From an uncultured candidate division Zixibacteria bacterium (lineage in GTDB: Bacteria > Zixibacteria > MSB-5A5 > UBA10806): a stretch of DNA of 64,000 nucleotides. The stretch is from the NCBI GenBank assembly GCA_963801605.1, contig CAWDFP010000011.1, positions 96,001 to 160,000 of the forward strand. The letters are read 5' to 3'. A model generated the notes under the pieces. The model made no database searches and was not told the origin of the DNA. It saw nothing but the letters and a program-made list of their open reading frames with translations. The translations under genes and the position numbers were made by a program. Shown here in pieces: positions 44,805 to 55,797 of the stretch (positions are counted from its first letter, which is position 1; each line of letters begins with the position of its first letter).

Positions 44805-44831
44805 GGAAACAATTGAGGAGTTAAACTCGTT
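44805..44831 (+). promoter_or_regulatory. ECF-sigma-type promoter of paralogue 4
   Basis: GGAAAC-N17-CGTT. Confidence 0.65.
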
Positions 44832-44889
44832 TAACATGAAGTTGTGTTGATAATGCAAATCAATATCAAAATTAAAAGGAGAGGGTAAC

Positions 44890-45276
44890 ATGGCTATTTA
44901 CTCATTCGCAGTGCCCATTCTTTCGGGCAAGACTGAAAACTGGAAGAGATATGTTCAGGAGATGCGGGGACAGCGCCGCGAGGAATTCAATAATTCCCGT
45001 CAGAGACATGGCCTTAGAATGGAGCAGGTTTGGCTTCAGAAAACACCAAACGGCGATATAGCGGTGGTGACCTGGGATGTTGACAATCCGACGAAGACTT
45101 TCGAAAATTTCATGAAATCAAACGATTCATTCGATCAATGGTTCAGGGAAAAGATATTGATCGAGTGCCACGGCATGAATCAGAGCGATCAGATCCCGCC
45201 CTTAAATGAAGTGATACTTAATTTCACATCTCAGCCCGTTGGCGAAAAAAGGTACGCCGAGACCCGTAAAAAATAG
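44890..45276 (+). CDS. ~130-aa hypothetical protein, paralogue 4
   Basis: FAVPILSGKTE, WLQKTPNGD, WFREKILIECHG, YAETRKK. Confidence 0.85.
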   Translation: MAIYSFAVPILSGKTENWKRYVQEMRGQRREEFNNSRQRHGLRMEQVWLQKTPNGDIAVVTWDVDNPTKTFENFMKSNDSFDQWFREKILIECHGMNQSDQIPPLNEVILNFTSQPVGEKRYAETRKK

Positions 45277-45295
45277 TTAAGAGGGGGCTTTTCTA

Positions 45296-45326
45296 GGGCG
45301 TCCGGCTTTGCGCTGGACGCCTTTTT
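45296..45326 (+). terminator. Intrinsic terminator; homologous hairpins follow paralogues 1 and 3
   Basis: GGGCGTCCGGC/GCTGGACGCCT followed by a T run. Confidence 0.75.
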
Positions 45327-45370
45327 ATTAGCGGTTTGACTTTGGAAATCATCTTTATATATTTGTCGTT

Positions 45371-45790
45371 ATGCCGGAAAAATTAGATAGTTCGATTGAA
45401 GCCAAAATACGAGAGCGTTTCCCCGCCTATCCTTTTCCCTCATTGTTAGGGATTGAAATTGACAGCCTTGAACCCGGTCAGGCCAACCTGCATCTCAAGT
45501 GCCGTCCGGAGCTAACCCAGGGCATGGGCTTTATTCATGGCGGCGTAATCACGTCACTTTGCGACACCAGCGTGGCGGTGGCTCTGTTCACATTAATAGC
45601 CGATGACGAAAAGATATTGACCATCGAGCTAAAGATAAATTTCCTGGCGCCGGCTGCGGGTGATATTCAGGCGTTGGCCAGGATTATCCATAAGGGTCGG
45701 CGAACCGCGGTGGGCGAGGTCGATGTGACTGGCGTGGACGGCACTCTGGCGGCTAAGGCTTTGATCACTTATTATATTTACAAAGACTGA
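45371..45790 (+). CDS. PaaI-family thioesterase
   Basis: IHGGVITSLCD, TIELKINFLAP, GRRTAV. Confidence 0.92.
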   Translation: MPEKLDSSIEAKIRERFPAYPFPSLLGIEIDSLEPGQANLHLKCRPELTQGMGFIHGGVITSLCDTSVAVALFTLIADDEKILTIELKINFLAPAAGDIQALARIIHKGRRTAVGEVDVTGVDGTLAAKALITYYIYKD

Positions 45791-45809
45791 CGAATATTAG
45801 AAGCGATAT

Positions 45810-47606
45810 ATGACTTTAGACGGTTACGGACAAGAAGAGGAAATCCTCGGCAAAGCGTATGATGCCCGCCTGATGAGGCGTTTGGGACATTACCTGAAGC
45901 CTTATCGATTTCATATATCTATCGCTATTGTTGTATTGATAATCGCCAAGCTCGCCGAGTTGGCCGGCCCCTTCATCACCAAAATAGTAATCGATAAATA
46001 TATTACCACCGGGAATACATCGGGCCTGGCCGGCATGGTTGTCCTTCTGATCAGCATGATAATGATTCAGTTTATCATGGAGTATATCGAGGTTTATATC
46101 ACGCAGTGGATGGGGCAGAAGACCATTTACGATATCCGTATGGAGCTTTTTTCTCATGTCGAAAACCTGGGGCTATCGTTCTATGATAAAAATCCCGTTG
46201 GCCGCCTGGTAACGCGGGTCACTGGTGACGTTGACGCTCTCAATGAGCTTTTCACATCCGGAGTGGTAGCCATCTTCGGCGATATCATCACTCTGTTTGG
46301 CATTATCGGAATAATGCTTTATCTCAACTGGAAGTTGGCCATAATTTCTATGGTTGTAATTCCGGTATTGTTTGTTGCCTCGATTATATTCCGCAACAGG
46401 GTTCGTGATTCATTTCGGCGTGTCCGCACCAGGATTGCCAGACTCAACGCTTTCCTGCAGGAGCATATTGCAGGAATGGGCGTTGTCCAGAGCTTCGTAG
46501 CCGAAAGCCGGACTTTTCGCAAATTCGATGATCTCAACCACGATCTGCTGAATAACCATCTCAAATCGGTGTTTTATTTCGCGATATTTTTCCCGGTGGT
46601 AGAGGTCCTCGGCGCTGTCAGTATCGCCCTTATTATCTGGTATGGCGGCGGGGAGATTGTGCGCGGTGTTCTGACATTCGGTTCGCTGGTGGCTTTTTTG
46701 CAGTATGTGGAACGTTTCTATCAGCCGATCCGCGATCTTTCGGAAAAATATAATATCCTTCAGCAGGCTATGGCCTCGTCAGAGCGCATCTTCAAGCTTC
46801 TCGATACTGCCCCTGATATCGTCGACAAGCCCCCAATGAAGCGGCTCGATAATGTTAAAGGCGCTATTAAAATTGAAAAACTCAACTTCGCCTATAACGA
46901 TCAAGAGTGGGTGCTCCGAGATATCAATCTCGATATCAAACCCGGTGAAAAAATTGCTATCGTGGGAGCTACAGGCTCGGGAAAGACGTCACTCAGTAGT
47001 TTACTCCTTAGATTCTACAATTACCAGGAGGGTGATATAAGGCTCGACGGCATTTCCATCAAGGATTTGCCGATTAAAGAGTATCGCCGCAACTTCGCTC
47101 TCGTTTTACAGGATATTTTCATGTTTTCCGGCGACATTGCGCGCAACATCAGGTTGGGGGAGAAGGGGATTTCCGATAGCGATATTCTGGATTCCCTCAA
47201 AACAGTAGGCGCGGATGATTTTGTGCGAGGCTATGATGACGGCATCGGACATACGCTGCAAGAACGAGGTTCGAACCTTTCGGTGGGTCAGAGGCAGCTT
47301 CTGGCGTTCGCGCGCGCCCTGGCTTTCGATCCCAAAATTCTGATTCTGGACGAGGCCACATCGTCGGTTGATACTCAAACCGAAATTCTAATCCAGGAGG
47401 CATTACAGAAGCTGCTTGCAGGGCGGACTTCTATTATCATCGCGCATCGGCTTTCGACAATTAAAAATGCCGACCGTATCGTAGTAATGCATAAGGGGGC
47501 GATAAAAGAGGAGGGCAGCCACGCCGAGCTGTTGGCGCTTGGCGGAATATATTATCGTCTCTACCGGTTACAGTATAAGGAACAAGAGATAGCAGGTACT
47601 GTGTAA
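45810..47606 (+). CDS. ABC exporter, fused permease/ATPase
   Basis: GATGSGKT, LSVGQRQ, ILDEATS, IAHRLST. Confidence 0.95.
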   Translation: MTLDGYGQEEEILGKAYDARLMRRLGHYLKPYRFHISIAIVVLIIAKLAELAGPFITKIVIDKYITTGNTSGLAGMVVLLISMIMIQFIMEYIEVYITQWMGQKTIYDIRMELFSHVENLGLSFYDKNPVGRLVTRVTGDVDALNELFTSGVVAIFGDIITLFGIIGIMLYLNWKLAIISMVVIPVLFVASIIFRNRVRDSFRRVRTRIARLNAFLQEHIAGMGVVQSFVAESRTFRKFDDLNHDLLNNHLKSVFYFAIFFPVVEVLGAVSIALIIWYGGGEIVRGVLTFGSLVAFLQYVERFYQPIRDLSEKYNILQQAMASSERIFKLLDTAPDIVDKPPMKRLDNVKGAIKIEKLNFAYNDQEWVLRDINLDIKPGEKIAIVGATGSGKTSLSSLLLRFYNYQEGDIRLDGISIKDLPIKEYRRNFALVLQDIFMFSGDIARNIRLGEKGISDSDILDSLKTVGADDFVRGYDDGIGHTLQERGSNLSVGQRQLLAFARALAFDPKILILDEATSSVDTQTEILIQEALQKLLAGRTSIIIAHRLSTIKNADRIVVMHKGAIKEEGSHAELLALGGIYYRLYRLQYKEQEIAGTV

Positions 47607-48388
47607 TGAGCGAATTTCTGGAAATTGCAATCCGGGCCGCCAGAGAAGCTGGTAGCCTCTTAATGGAAATGCAGACGATTCATTTGACTGTGGAGAAAAA
47701 AGGTGAGGTTAATCTCGTCACTGACGCTGACCGCAGCGCGGAGGCGCTGATCAGGAAAATCATTTTCGAAAAATTCCCCGGTCATAGTTTTATGGCCGAG
47801 GAGGGGACAGCCTCGAAACAGAAATCACGATATCTCTGGGTAGTCGATCCTCTCGATGGCACCACCAATTATGCTCATCATTTCCCAGTTTGGTGCGTTT
47901 CGATTGGCTTGCTTGAGGACGGTAACCCTATCGTCGGATGTGTTTACAATCCCAATCTCGATGAGTGTTTTACGGCCGAAAAGGGAAACGGCGCCTATCT
48001 TAACAGTAAAATAATCGAAGTCTCGAAAACTTCAGCACTACTGGAATCGCTGCTGGCGACCGGGTTTCCTTATGATATCAGGCAATCATCGAATAACAAC
48101 CTCGCAGAATTTTCGACCTTTGCGGTTCATGCCCAGGCTATCAGACGGGCCGGTTCCGCGGCGCTCGATTTATCTTATGTGGCCGCCGGCCGTTTTGATG
48201 GTTACTGGGAGTTCAAACTTTCGCCCTGGGATATCGCCGCCGGATCACTCCTTGTCGAGGAAGCCGGAGGCAAACTTACCAATTGGAGCGGGGCGAAATT
48301 CGACATCTTCAAAGGCGAAATCGTAGCATCCAACGGCCTTATCCATAATGAGATGCTTGCGGTGTTGCGAAAAATAAAATCCAAGTAA
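47606..48388 (+). CDS. suhB: Inositol monophosphatase
   Basis: WVVDPLDGTTNY, GSAALD, WDIAAG. Confidence 0.93.
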   Translation: MSEFLEIAIRAAREAGSLLMEMQTIHLTVEKKGEVNLVTDADRSAEALIRKIIFEKFPGHSFMAEEGTASKQKSRYLWVVDPLDGTTNYAHHFPVWCVSIGLLEDGNPIVGCVYNPNLDECFTAEKGNGAYLNSKIIEVSKTSALLESLLATGFPYDIRQSSNNNLAEFSTFAVHAQAIRRAGSAALDLSYVAAGRFDGYWEFKLSPWDIAAGSLLVEEAGGKLTNWSGAKFDIFKGEIVASNGLIHNEMLAVLRKIKSK

Positions 48389-48534
48389 TTTATTTCTCGG
48401 AATATGGCTCGGGTTCTTAACCGGGTCATTTGACCGAGTTGGAAACGAAGTGGCATCGTAGGATTCTTGAATCCCTGCATAAAAAAAGCCCCAGGATGTT
48501 CATCCTGAGGCTTAAAAGTTAGTTGTCTGGAAAA

Positions 48535-49796
48535 TTACCCGACATTCTTTTGCGCCTTGAGAACATATTCCGGTTTAGCGCCCTTAATGAAAACATCCTT
48601 ATTAATGATACAGCGCTTGATGTCAGTCCGCGATGGCAGTTCGTACATGATCTCGGTCATCGCCGATTCCATGATGGAGCGCAGAGCGCGAGCGCCGGTT
48701 TTGCGCTTGATAGCCATATCGACAATCGTTTCCAGGGCGTCTTTCTTGAATTCAAGATCGATACCTTCGAGTTCAAAATACTTCTGATACTGCCTCACCA
48801 AAGCGTTTTTCGGTTCGAGGAGAATCCTGAGCAGTGCCTCGCGGTTCAGGTCATGCAGCGAGCAAACCACCGGCAACCTGCCGACAATCTCCGGTATCAG
48901 GCCGAATTCGAGGAAATCCTCATCTTCCACCTGTGCAATCAACTCGCCGATATTGCCTGATGGCGTCCGGCTTTCCGCTTTGAAACCAACAACCTTCTTA
49001 CCGATCCGGCGTGCGACGATCTTCTCAAGTCCATCGAACGCTCCGCCGCAGATAAACAGGATATTTCTGGTATCGATATTTATCAGAGCCTGCTCCGGAT
49101 GTTTCCGTCCGCCTTTGGGAGGCACCGATGAAATTGTGCCTTCAAGAATTTTCAAAAGCCCCTGCTGAACACCCTCGCCGGAGACATCGCGGGTAATTGA
49201 CGGGTTACCCGATTTGCGCGCGATCTTGTCGATTTCATCGATATAGACGATACCTCGCTGGCATGCTCTGACATCATAATCGGCGGCCTGCAGGAGACGA
49301 ACCAGTACGTTTTCGACATCCTCACCAACATAACCGGCTTCGGTCAGCACCGTGGCGTCAGCGATAGTAAATGGTACATGCAAATGCTTGGCCAGAGTTT
49401 GAGCAATCAGGGTTTTCCCTGTTCCGGTCGGACCAACCAAAAGAATATTGGATTTCTCAAGCTCAACTTCATCGCCGTCTCGCTGTGGCGGCTGCGAATA
49501 TGCGTTTATAATGATTATAAACCGCGACCGAGATGACCTTTCTTGGTCTTCTCCTGGCCGATGACATATTTGTCGAGGAACTCCTTTATCTCCGATGGCC
49601 GAGGCAGCGGGATATCGAATTGGGCCGCTTTATTTTTCTCCTCGAAAATGGCATCGTTGCAGATTTTGACACAATCTTCGCAGATGATGGCAGCACCACC
49701 GCCTGAGAATAGACGGGGGGTCATTGACGCCGGCCGGCCGCAGAAACCGCATCGTTTTTCCGGAGGCGGTCCGCTCTTTTTACTTTTCGGAGGCAA
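48535..49796 (-). CDS. clpX: ATP-dependent Clp protease ATP-binding subunit; frameshift(s) near 49480-49540
   Basis: CGFC/CEDC zinc domain, [31 protein letters not shown]. Confidence 0.96.
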
Positions 49797-49806
49797 TAAA
49801 TTACTC

Positions 49807-50394
49807 CTACTTTGTTTTTCTTTCGTAAACTTCGTCGACCAATCCGTAAGCCTTGGCTTCGTCGGCAGTCATGAAATAATCCCTGTCGGTATCGGCAAAG
49901 ACCTGTTCGATCGGTTTGCCGGTATGCTTGGCAAGGATTTCGTTCATCTGCTGCTTGGTCTTGATTATCTCTTTGGCATGGATTTCGATATCGGATGCCA
50001 CTCCCTGGTAACCGCCCCAGGGTTGATGAATCATGATTTTGGAATTCTTGAGAGCCGCCCGTTTGCCCTTGGCGCCGGCTGCCAAAAGCACCGCGCCCAT
50101 CGAGGCCGCCATACCGACACAGGTGGTGTTGACATCGGGCTTGATATACTGCATGGTGTCATAAATTGCGAGTCCGGCGGTAACCGATCCGCCCGGAGAA
50201 TTGACATAAAGAAAGATATCCTTTTCCGGATCCTCAGCTTCGAGGAACAGAAGCTGCGCTATAATTAGATTGGCGATCATATCGTCAATCGGTGTGCCGA
50301 TAAAAACGATCCTGTCCTTGAGCAGCCGTGAATAGATGTCGTAAGCTCGCTCCCCGCGCCCTGTGGTCTCAATGACCATTGGTATTAATGTCAT
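49807..50394 (-). CDS. clpP: Clp protease proteolytic subunit
   Basis: [28 protein letters not shown]. Confidence 0.99.
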   Translation of the reverse strand: MTLIPMVIETTGRGERAYDIYSRLLKDRIVFIGTPIDDMIANLIIAQLLFLEAEDPEKDIFLYVNSPGGSVTAGLAIYDTMQYIKPDVNTTCVGMAASMGAVLLAAGAKGKRAALKNSKIMIHQPWGGYQGVASDIEIHAKEIIKTKQQMNEILAKHTGKPIEQVFADTDRDYFMTADEAKAYGLVDEVYERKTK

Positions 50395-50409
50395 CTGATA
50401 ACCCCGTTT

Positions 50410-51728
50410 CTAAGCAGTTATTATTTCCGAATTGTTTATGATAAAATCCAGGACCTTGTTTTCCAGAATGGAATCATCAATGTCTTGAATCTTTTTCGAC
50501 TTGCCCAGATATTCCCGAGCGGCCTCCTCGGTGATATTATACGTCTTGGCGAAGTTTTCGACCCACTTTTTGCGGTCATCCGCTTCGACTTTGATCTTCT
50601 CCGCTTTGGCTATCTCGTAATACAAATAATTCCAGCGAAGCAAATTTTCGCCCAAACCGCGGAACTGGCTCCGGATCGCCTGTTCATCGACCTTTTGATT
50701 CTTCTGTTTGTAATCCTCAACTACATTATTGAGATACTCGTCCAAAAGTGAAATCGGTACATCGAACAGGTTAACATCAACGACACGTTTTATGACCTCG
50801 TTTTTGAGCTGACGGCTGGCATCCTCTAATGCTTGATGCTCCAAATTTTCTTTGGTTTTCTGCTTTAAGCTCATCCACAGTTTTGAATTTGGATATCTTG
50901 GCTGCAAACTCGTCATTTAGCTCCGGCAGCGATTTCTTTTTGATCTCTTTAACAACTACCAGATACAAAATTTGATCACCGGCTAAATTAGATTCGCTGT
51001 AATCGTCCGGGTACTTAACCGAGATATCCTTCATCTCTCCGATTCTCATTCCCAACAAACCGCGCTGGAATTCATCGATAAGCCCCTGGCTGCCAAGATC
51101 AATTTCGACATTTTCCAGTTTATCTTCGTTGAGTTTATCCTAACTTGTCATGCTTTTTGATCAGATCGGCAATAACCCGATCTCCATTTTCAGCCGGACG
51201 CTGCACGGGATGATATTCCGCTAAGCGATCTCTCAAATATTGCAGCGATTCATCAACCTCTTTGTCGCCTACTACCGGCGTCTTCTTTTCGATTCTGAAG
51301 CCGGTGTACTTCTTAAGTTCAACTTTGGGTCTGACCTCGAATTCGGCCTTGAAAGTCAGCGGCTGGCCATCTTCAAATTTGATATCGGTGATCTTGGGAG
51401 TGTTGATCGGGATCAGGTCCTGCTGGATTAGGGCTTGTTCGTATGCCCTGGGCAACAGCGCCTCGATGACATCGCCCTTAGCATCGGATGCGAACCGCTG
51501 TTTGACTATGTTTATGGGAGCCTTGCCCGGCCTGAATCCGGGTATCTTGGCGCGCTTACGATAATCCTCAAATGTGGAATCGTATTGAATGTTGATCTCC
51601 TCGACGGGGATTTCGATTTCCAGAATCCTGATCCAGGATTGACCCTCTTTAAGAGTTACTTTCAAGTCCTTGAGAGGCTTGGTCTCATCGGAGCTTCTTT
51701 CGGTATCTAAGTTGTCGATTTCTGCCAT
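50410..51728 (-). CDS. tig: Trigger factor; two frameshifts
   Basis: IPGFRPGKAP, FKBP segment and C-terminal domain spread over three frames; upstream of clpP. Confidence 0.93.
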
Positions 51729-51771
51729 TAAAAATTCCTTATTAAAACAATCGATATTTAATTCATTTTTA

Positions 51772-51853
<82 letters not shown>

Positions 51854-51995
51854 AGTTTAGCCCATAATAATATTTATCCGGGAGGCTTTCGTCAAGGCTA
51901 ATCGGGGTACTCCCCCAAAATGGTTTTAGGTTTTATAATTCAATACCTGAAAACGTATTAAGTGAAATAGCGGCCATTTGTCGAGTTATATTCGA

Positions 51996-52595
51996 TTATG
52001 CCTGACGCGCTCCGTTTTGGGCGATTTCCGATTCTCTGGCGTTTTTCAGTGCCGTAGTCCACCAACGTAACTGCTTGATCAGATTACCGGCTTTGATAAG
52101 CAGCCCTTCATCTTTGAGCTGATTATTCTCATCAAATGCCTTCCAAACAAAAGGAATATTGAGGCTCTCGCGAATTGGGGCCATTTGAAGCTCGATTGCC
52201 ACCTGTCGAAGCTGTTCCACGGCGCGAATTCCCGCTCCCGGCCCACCCGAATAACTGACAAACGCCACCGGCTTGTTATTCCATTCGGTGTACAGGTAAT
52301 CGAGCGCGTTTTTCAGCACTGCCGGATAACCGTGGCTGTACTCTGGCGTGACGATTATATACCCGTCAAACTCCTTGATCTTAGCCGACCATTTACGGGC
52401 AACTTCGCTGGTATAATTGCCATTAATTTTAGTGGGACTGACCGGCTCGTCATAAAAGGGGAGAGGCCAATCGTTTAGATCAAGAAGCTCAACTTCGAAA
52501 TTATTTTGTTTGCGGGCAAAATCATATACCCAAAGGGCCACCCGTTCTCCCTGACGGTTTTTCCGGGTACTGCCCAGAATGATCGCAATTTTCAT
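51996..52595 (-). CDS. NADPH-dependent FMN reductase
   Basis: ILGSTRKNR, TPEYSHGYPAVLKNALD, GIRAVEQLR. Confidence 0.93.
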   Translation of the reverse strand: MKIAIILGSTRKNRQGERVALWVYDFARKQNNFEVELLDLNDWPLPFYDEPVSPTKINGNYTSEVARKWSAKIKEFDGYIIVTPEYSHGYPAVLKNALDYLYTEWNNKPVAFVSYSGGPGAGIRAVEQLRQVAIELQMAPIRESLNIPFVWKAFDENNQLKDEGLLIKAGNLIKQLRWWTTALKNARESEIAQNGARQA

Positions 52596-52663
52596 TATTA
52601 ATCATCATCGCCTTTCATCCCAATTTCGCCTAAAATTATTACTAACATGCTCTCGATATTGTA

Positions 52664-52689
52664 AACATCGAGAAAATTAGACAAGTTCC
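52664..52689 (-). promoter_or_regulatory. ECF-sigma-type promoter of the FMN reductase
   Basis: GGAAC-N17-TGTT on the minus strand. Confidence 0.55.
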
Positions 52690-52802
52690 TCTCTTAAACT
52701 TCTGACCGGTGGGTAGCATACGTTCTCGTATGCCGGCAAATACCAATAAAAAAAACCGGAATCATCTGACTCCGGCCTAAATTTCTCAAAGAGTTAAAGC
52801 CG

Positions 52803-53933
52803 CTATTCAATCATCTCCACATTGGCGCGAGGAATAATCGAACGCTTGCCGTCCTCGAACTCTACCTCCAGCACCCTGGCTTTAGATTCCGATTCCAGCA
52901 TTTGAAGTTTCGATGGCAGATCGCTGACTTTACCAAGTTTTCCGAAATACGGCTGACGAATCACGCGCACCGGCGAACCGATTATCAACCCCATATTCTC
53001 GGATTGCGGATCAGATTCCTTACCAACTTGATTTAGAGCATCGATCTTGGGCACGACCACCTCGGGACGGATTACACCGGCCCTGATCTGCGTGGCGCCG
53101 TTGATACAGGCTTCCTGGCCCTCGTGCCGTTTGAGCTGATCAAATGTTTTCTGAGCCATCATAATCTCGCCAAAACCCTCGGTAACGACCAGCGTAATAC
53201 CTTTATCTTCGTTACCGGTAATGGCCACACCGAGATCGTATCCCAGGAAGTCGCGAAGGTCTTTATCGTTGAAACCGCCAACCACGATGCCTACCGCGCC
53301 AACCTCAATCGCCTTACGCAATCCGGCCGCCGTGATCATGCTTCCGCCGATTACGACTTGGCCCTTACAGGAGGCGTCGAACTCTTTATCCGTCAAAATT
53401 TCTTTATTCGATTTCGAGAGCATTTTTATCGGGCCATGCGTTTCCGGTCCGATTCCAAAAATACCCTGTACGAAACTTCCCTTGGTGGTGACCTCGACGC
53501 CTTCTTTTTCGAAAACGTTAGTCACGATACCGTTGAGATATGCCTTAACCTCGATAGGCACCGGAGCGCCTCGGAGCAGCACCTGGCCGGTAATCGCGGA
53601 GATAGTTTCGACAGTGCCGGAGATCTTGGCTTTGGCGCTGGACGAAAACATGCCGAAAAACGATTTTGCTTTGGCGATGACCTCATCCTGCTCAACCCGG
53701 TCCCCGACTTTCTTGAGCATCGCCTCGGGTACATCCTGAGGCGGCACACCAAGGATATTGGCCACGTTGACCGGCTCCACGATTCCCGGAAGCTCAGTGC
53801 GCGCCACGACCGTATCGGAATTGACACGATCACCAATTTTGACTACGACCTGGCCCTTAAGCGGTAAGATTCGCTTTTTGACCACTGTCATTAAATCTGT
53901 GACTTTCAGACCCGGTGTATATGCATGACCCAT
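52803..53933 (-). CDS. Conserved hypothetical protein (barrel-sandwich-hybrid-like segments, KOW-like C-terminus)
   Basis: HAYTPGLKV, VKIGDRV, KKVGDRV...ISGTV, QGIFGIG, TEGFG, TQIRAGVIRPE, PRANVE. Confidence 0.8.
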   Translation of the reverse strand: MGHAYTPGLKVTDLMTVVKKRILPLKGQVVVKIGDRVNSDTVVARTELPGIVEPVNVANILGVPPQDVPEAMLKKVGDRVEQDEVIAKAKSFFGMFSSSAKAKISGTVETISAITGQVLLRGAPVPIEVKAYLNGIVTNVFEKEGVEVTTKGSFVQGIFGIGPETHGPIKMLSKSNKEILTDKEFDASCKGQVVIGGSMITAAGLRKAIEVGAVGIVVGGFNDKDLRDFLGYDLGVAITGNEDKGITLVVTEGFGEIMMAQKTFDQLKRHEGQEACINGATQIRAGVIRPEVVVPKIDALNQVGKESDPQSENMGLIIGSPVRVIRQPYFGKLGKVSDLPSKLQMLESESKARVLEVEFEDGKRSIIPRANVEMIE

Positions 53934-54130
53934 AAAAACTACCTCGAACTATTCATCCACCAATTCTAAAGATACTACTCCATCTAATCAATCCAGATAT
54001 TTAATAAATTTTCAATCTTAAAGCAAGCCCAAAGGTTAGGGAAAATGGGAAACGGAAGGGATGCCTTATAATGGCTCCCAAATTGCCAGAAAAAGCGCGC
54101 CCGAGTTTTTAAGCTATATTATATGGATAT

Positions 54131-54174
54131 GTAGGTCGGGTTCCGAGCGATCCATCGTGAGCGAGAAACCCGAC
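54131..54174. repeat. GTAG-type REP
   Basis: GTAG-GTCGGGTT...AACCCGAC; inverted relative of 18869-18907. Confidence 0.75.
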
Positions 54175-54291
54175 AAAATTGCTACAGTATAAATGGAAAA
54201 AAGGAGAACGAATTGTAAACCAAATCCCAAATAAAAATCAGGCCCCACCTGGAACCTGATCAATTCTAATTTCTAAGGATCGAATGCGATC

Positions 54292-55054
54292 TTAAATCAA
54301 CTGATCCTCTTTAAGCTTCTTGATCAGGGTGTCGATTACCTCATCGGTCTCGCCGGTTAGAATCTCGCCCTGCGGGACGAGCTTTGGGAGCTTCAATTGA
54401 TTTTATTTTTATTGGAGATGTCAGATCCACACCAAGTTCTGACGGCGATATCTTCTTGATCTCCGCCTTTTTGGCTTTCATCTTTCCTTTGAGCGATGGC
54501 AGCCTTGGCTCGTTGATCTCCTTGACCACAGAACAAACCGCCGGCAGTAGGGTTTCGACAATATCGTAACCGTTGTCGGTGGTGCGCCAGGCGACAATTT
54601 TACCACCCTCCACAGAGTCAAACTTTTTTACAAATCCAATTTGCGGCCAATCGAGATGACCCGCCACTGCCGATGCCACAACAGCGGAGTCATCATCGGA
54701 GGCCTGCTTGCCGGTCAGCACCAGATCGATATCGCCGATCTTCTGAATCGCCGCCGCCAGTACTTTCGCGCTGGTCTGCGAATCGGTCGGGGAGAAACTG
54801 TCAGATTCGATTAAATAGGCATCATCGAGGCCCAAAGCCAGCGTATCGCGCAATACCGAATCCGCGCTTGCTTTACCGAAACTGATCGCTACAGCCGTCG
54901 CGCCGACTTTTTCCTTAAGCCGCAGGGCTTCCTCAACGGCATATTCGTCAAATGGATTGATAATTAGCGATGCCTCCGGCCATTGCGGCCCATTTGGCCC
55001 GACTGAAACCTCGGAAAGCTGTGGAATTTGTTTTACGAGAACCGCTATTTTCAT
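54292..55054 (-). CDS. etfB: Electron transfer flavoprotein beta subunit; frameshift near the C-terminus
   Basis: MKIAVLVKQIP, NPFDEYAVEEAL, GKQASDDD, NEPRLPSL. Confidence 0.92.
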
Positions 55055-55056
55055 TT

Positions 55057-55797
55057 CTATTCCTCTCGTGCCGTTTGTTGCTCTTTTGCGGCAGCGTCTC
55101 CAGCGCCATCTTGGCGGCTCGCTGCTCCGCTTCCTTCTTGGATGTTCCCTGGCCGGTTCCCAGTCGAATTCCATCAATTGCCACCGATATCACAAAAACC
55201 TTGATATGGTCCGGGCCGATCTCCTCGATCACCTCATATTTCGGAATCCCGCGGCCGGCGCCTTGCATCATTTCCAGCAGTTCGCCTTTATAGTTGAACA
55301 TCGCCTCATCTTTGATGAGGTTTTCAAAATCGCTTAACAAAAACTTATCGATTGCCTTGGCGGCGGCTTCCAAACCGCCATCGAGATATATCGCTCCCAG
55401 AACCGCCTCCATGCCGTCAGCAACTATCGAGGGCTTCGGATCGTCCACCGGATTTCTCTTCCTCGGGGCTTAAAAAGATATACTGGCCGAGTCCGAAATT
55501 GCCGGCGACCTTGGAAAGCATGGTCTCATTGACCAGCGCCGCCTTGATCTTGGTCAGGTTACCTTCGTTGTGTTCCGGGAATTTTCTGAAAAGGAAATCC
55601 GAGACAACCAAACCAAGTACGGCGTCGCCCAGATATTCCAGGCGTTCGTTGGCCAGACCATCGCTGACACTGGAGCGATGCGACAGCGCCTTGGATAGCA
55701 ATCGCTGGTCCTTGAAAGAATAGCCGAGCACGGATTCGATTTCCCGTAGCGCCGGCTCTTCTTTGGTAAAGATTTTTTTAAAAAATGAGAAAGACAT
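55057..55797 (-). CDS. rnc: Ribonuclease III; frameshift(s)
   Basis: NERLEYLGDAVL, ADGMEAVLGAIYLD, dsRBD GTSKKEAEQRAA. End is approximate. Confidence 0.95.
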
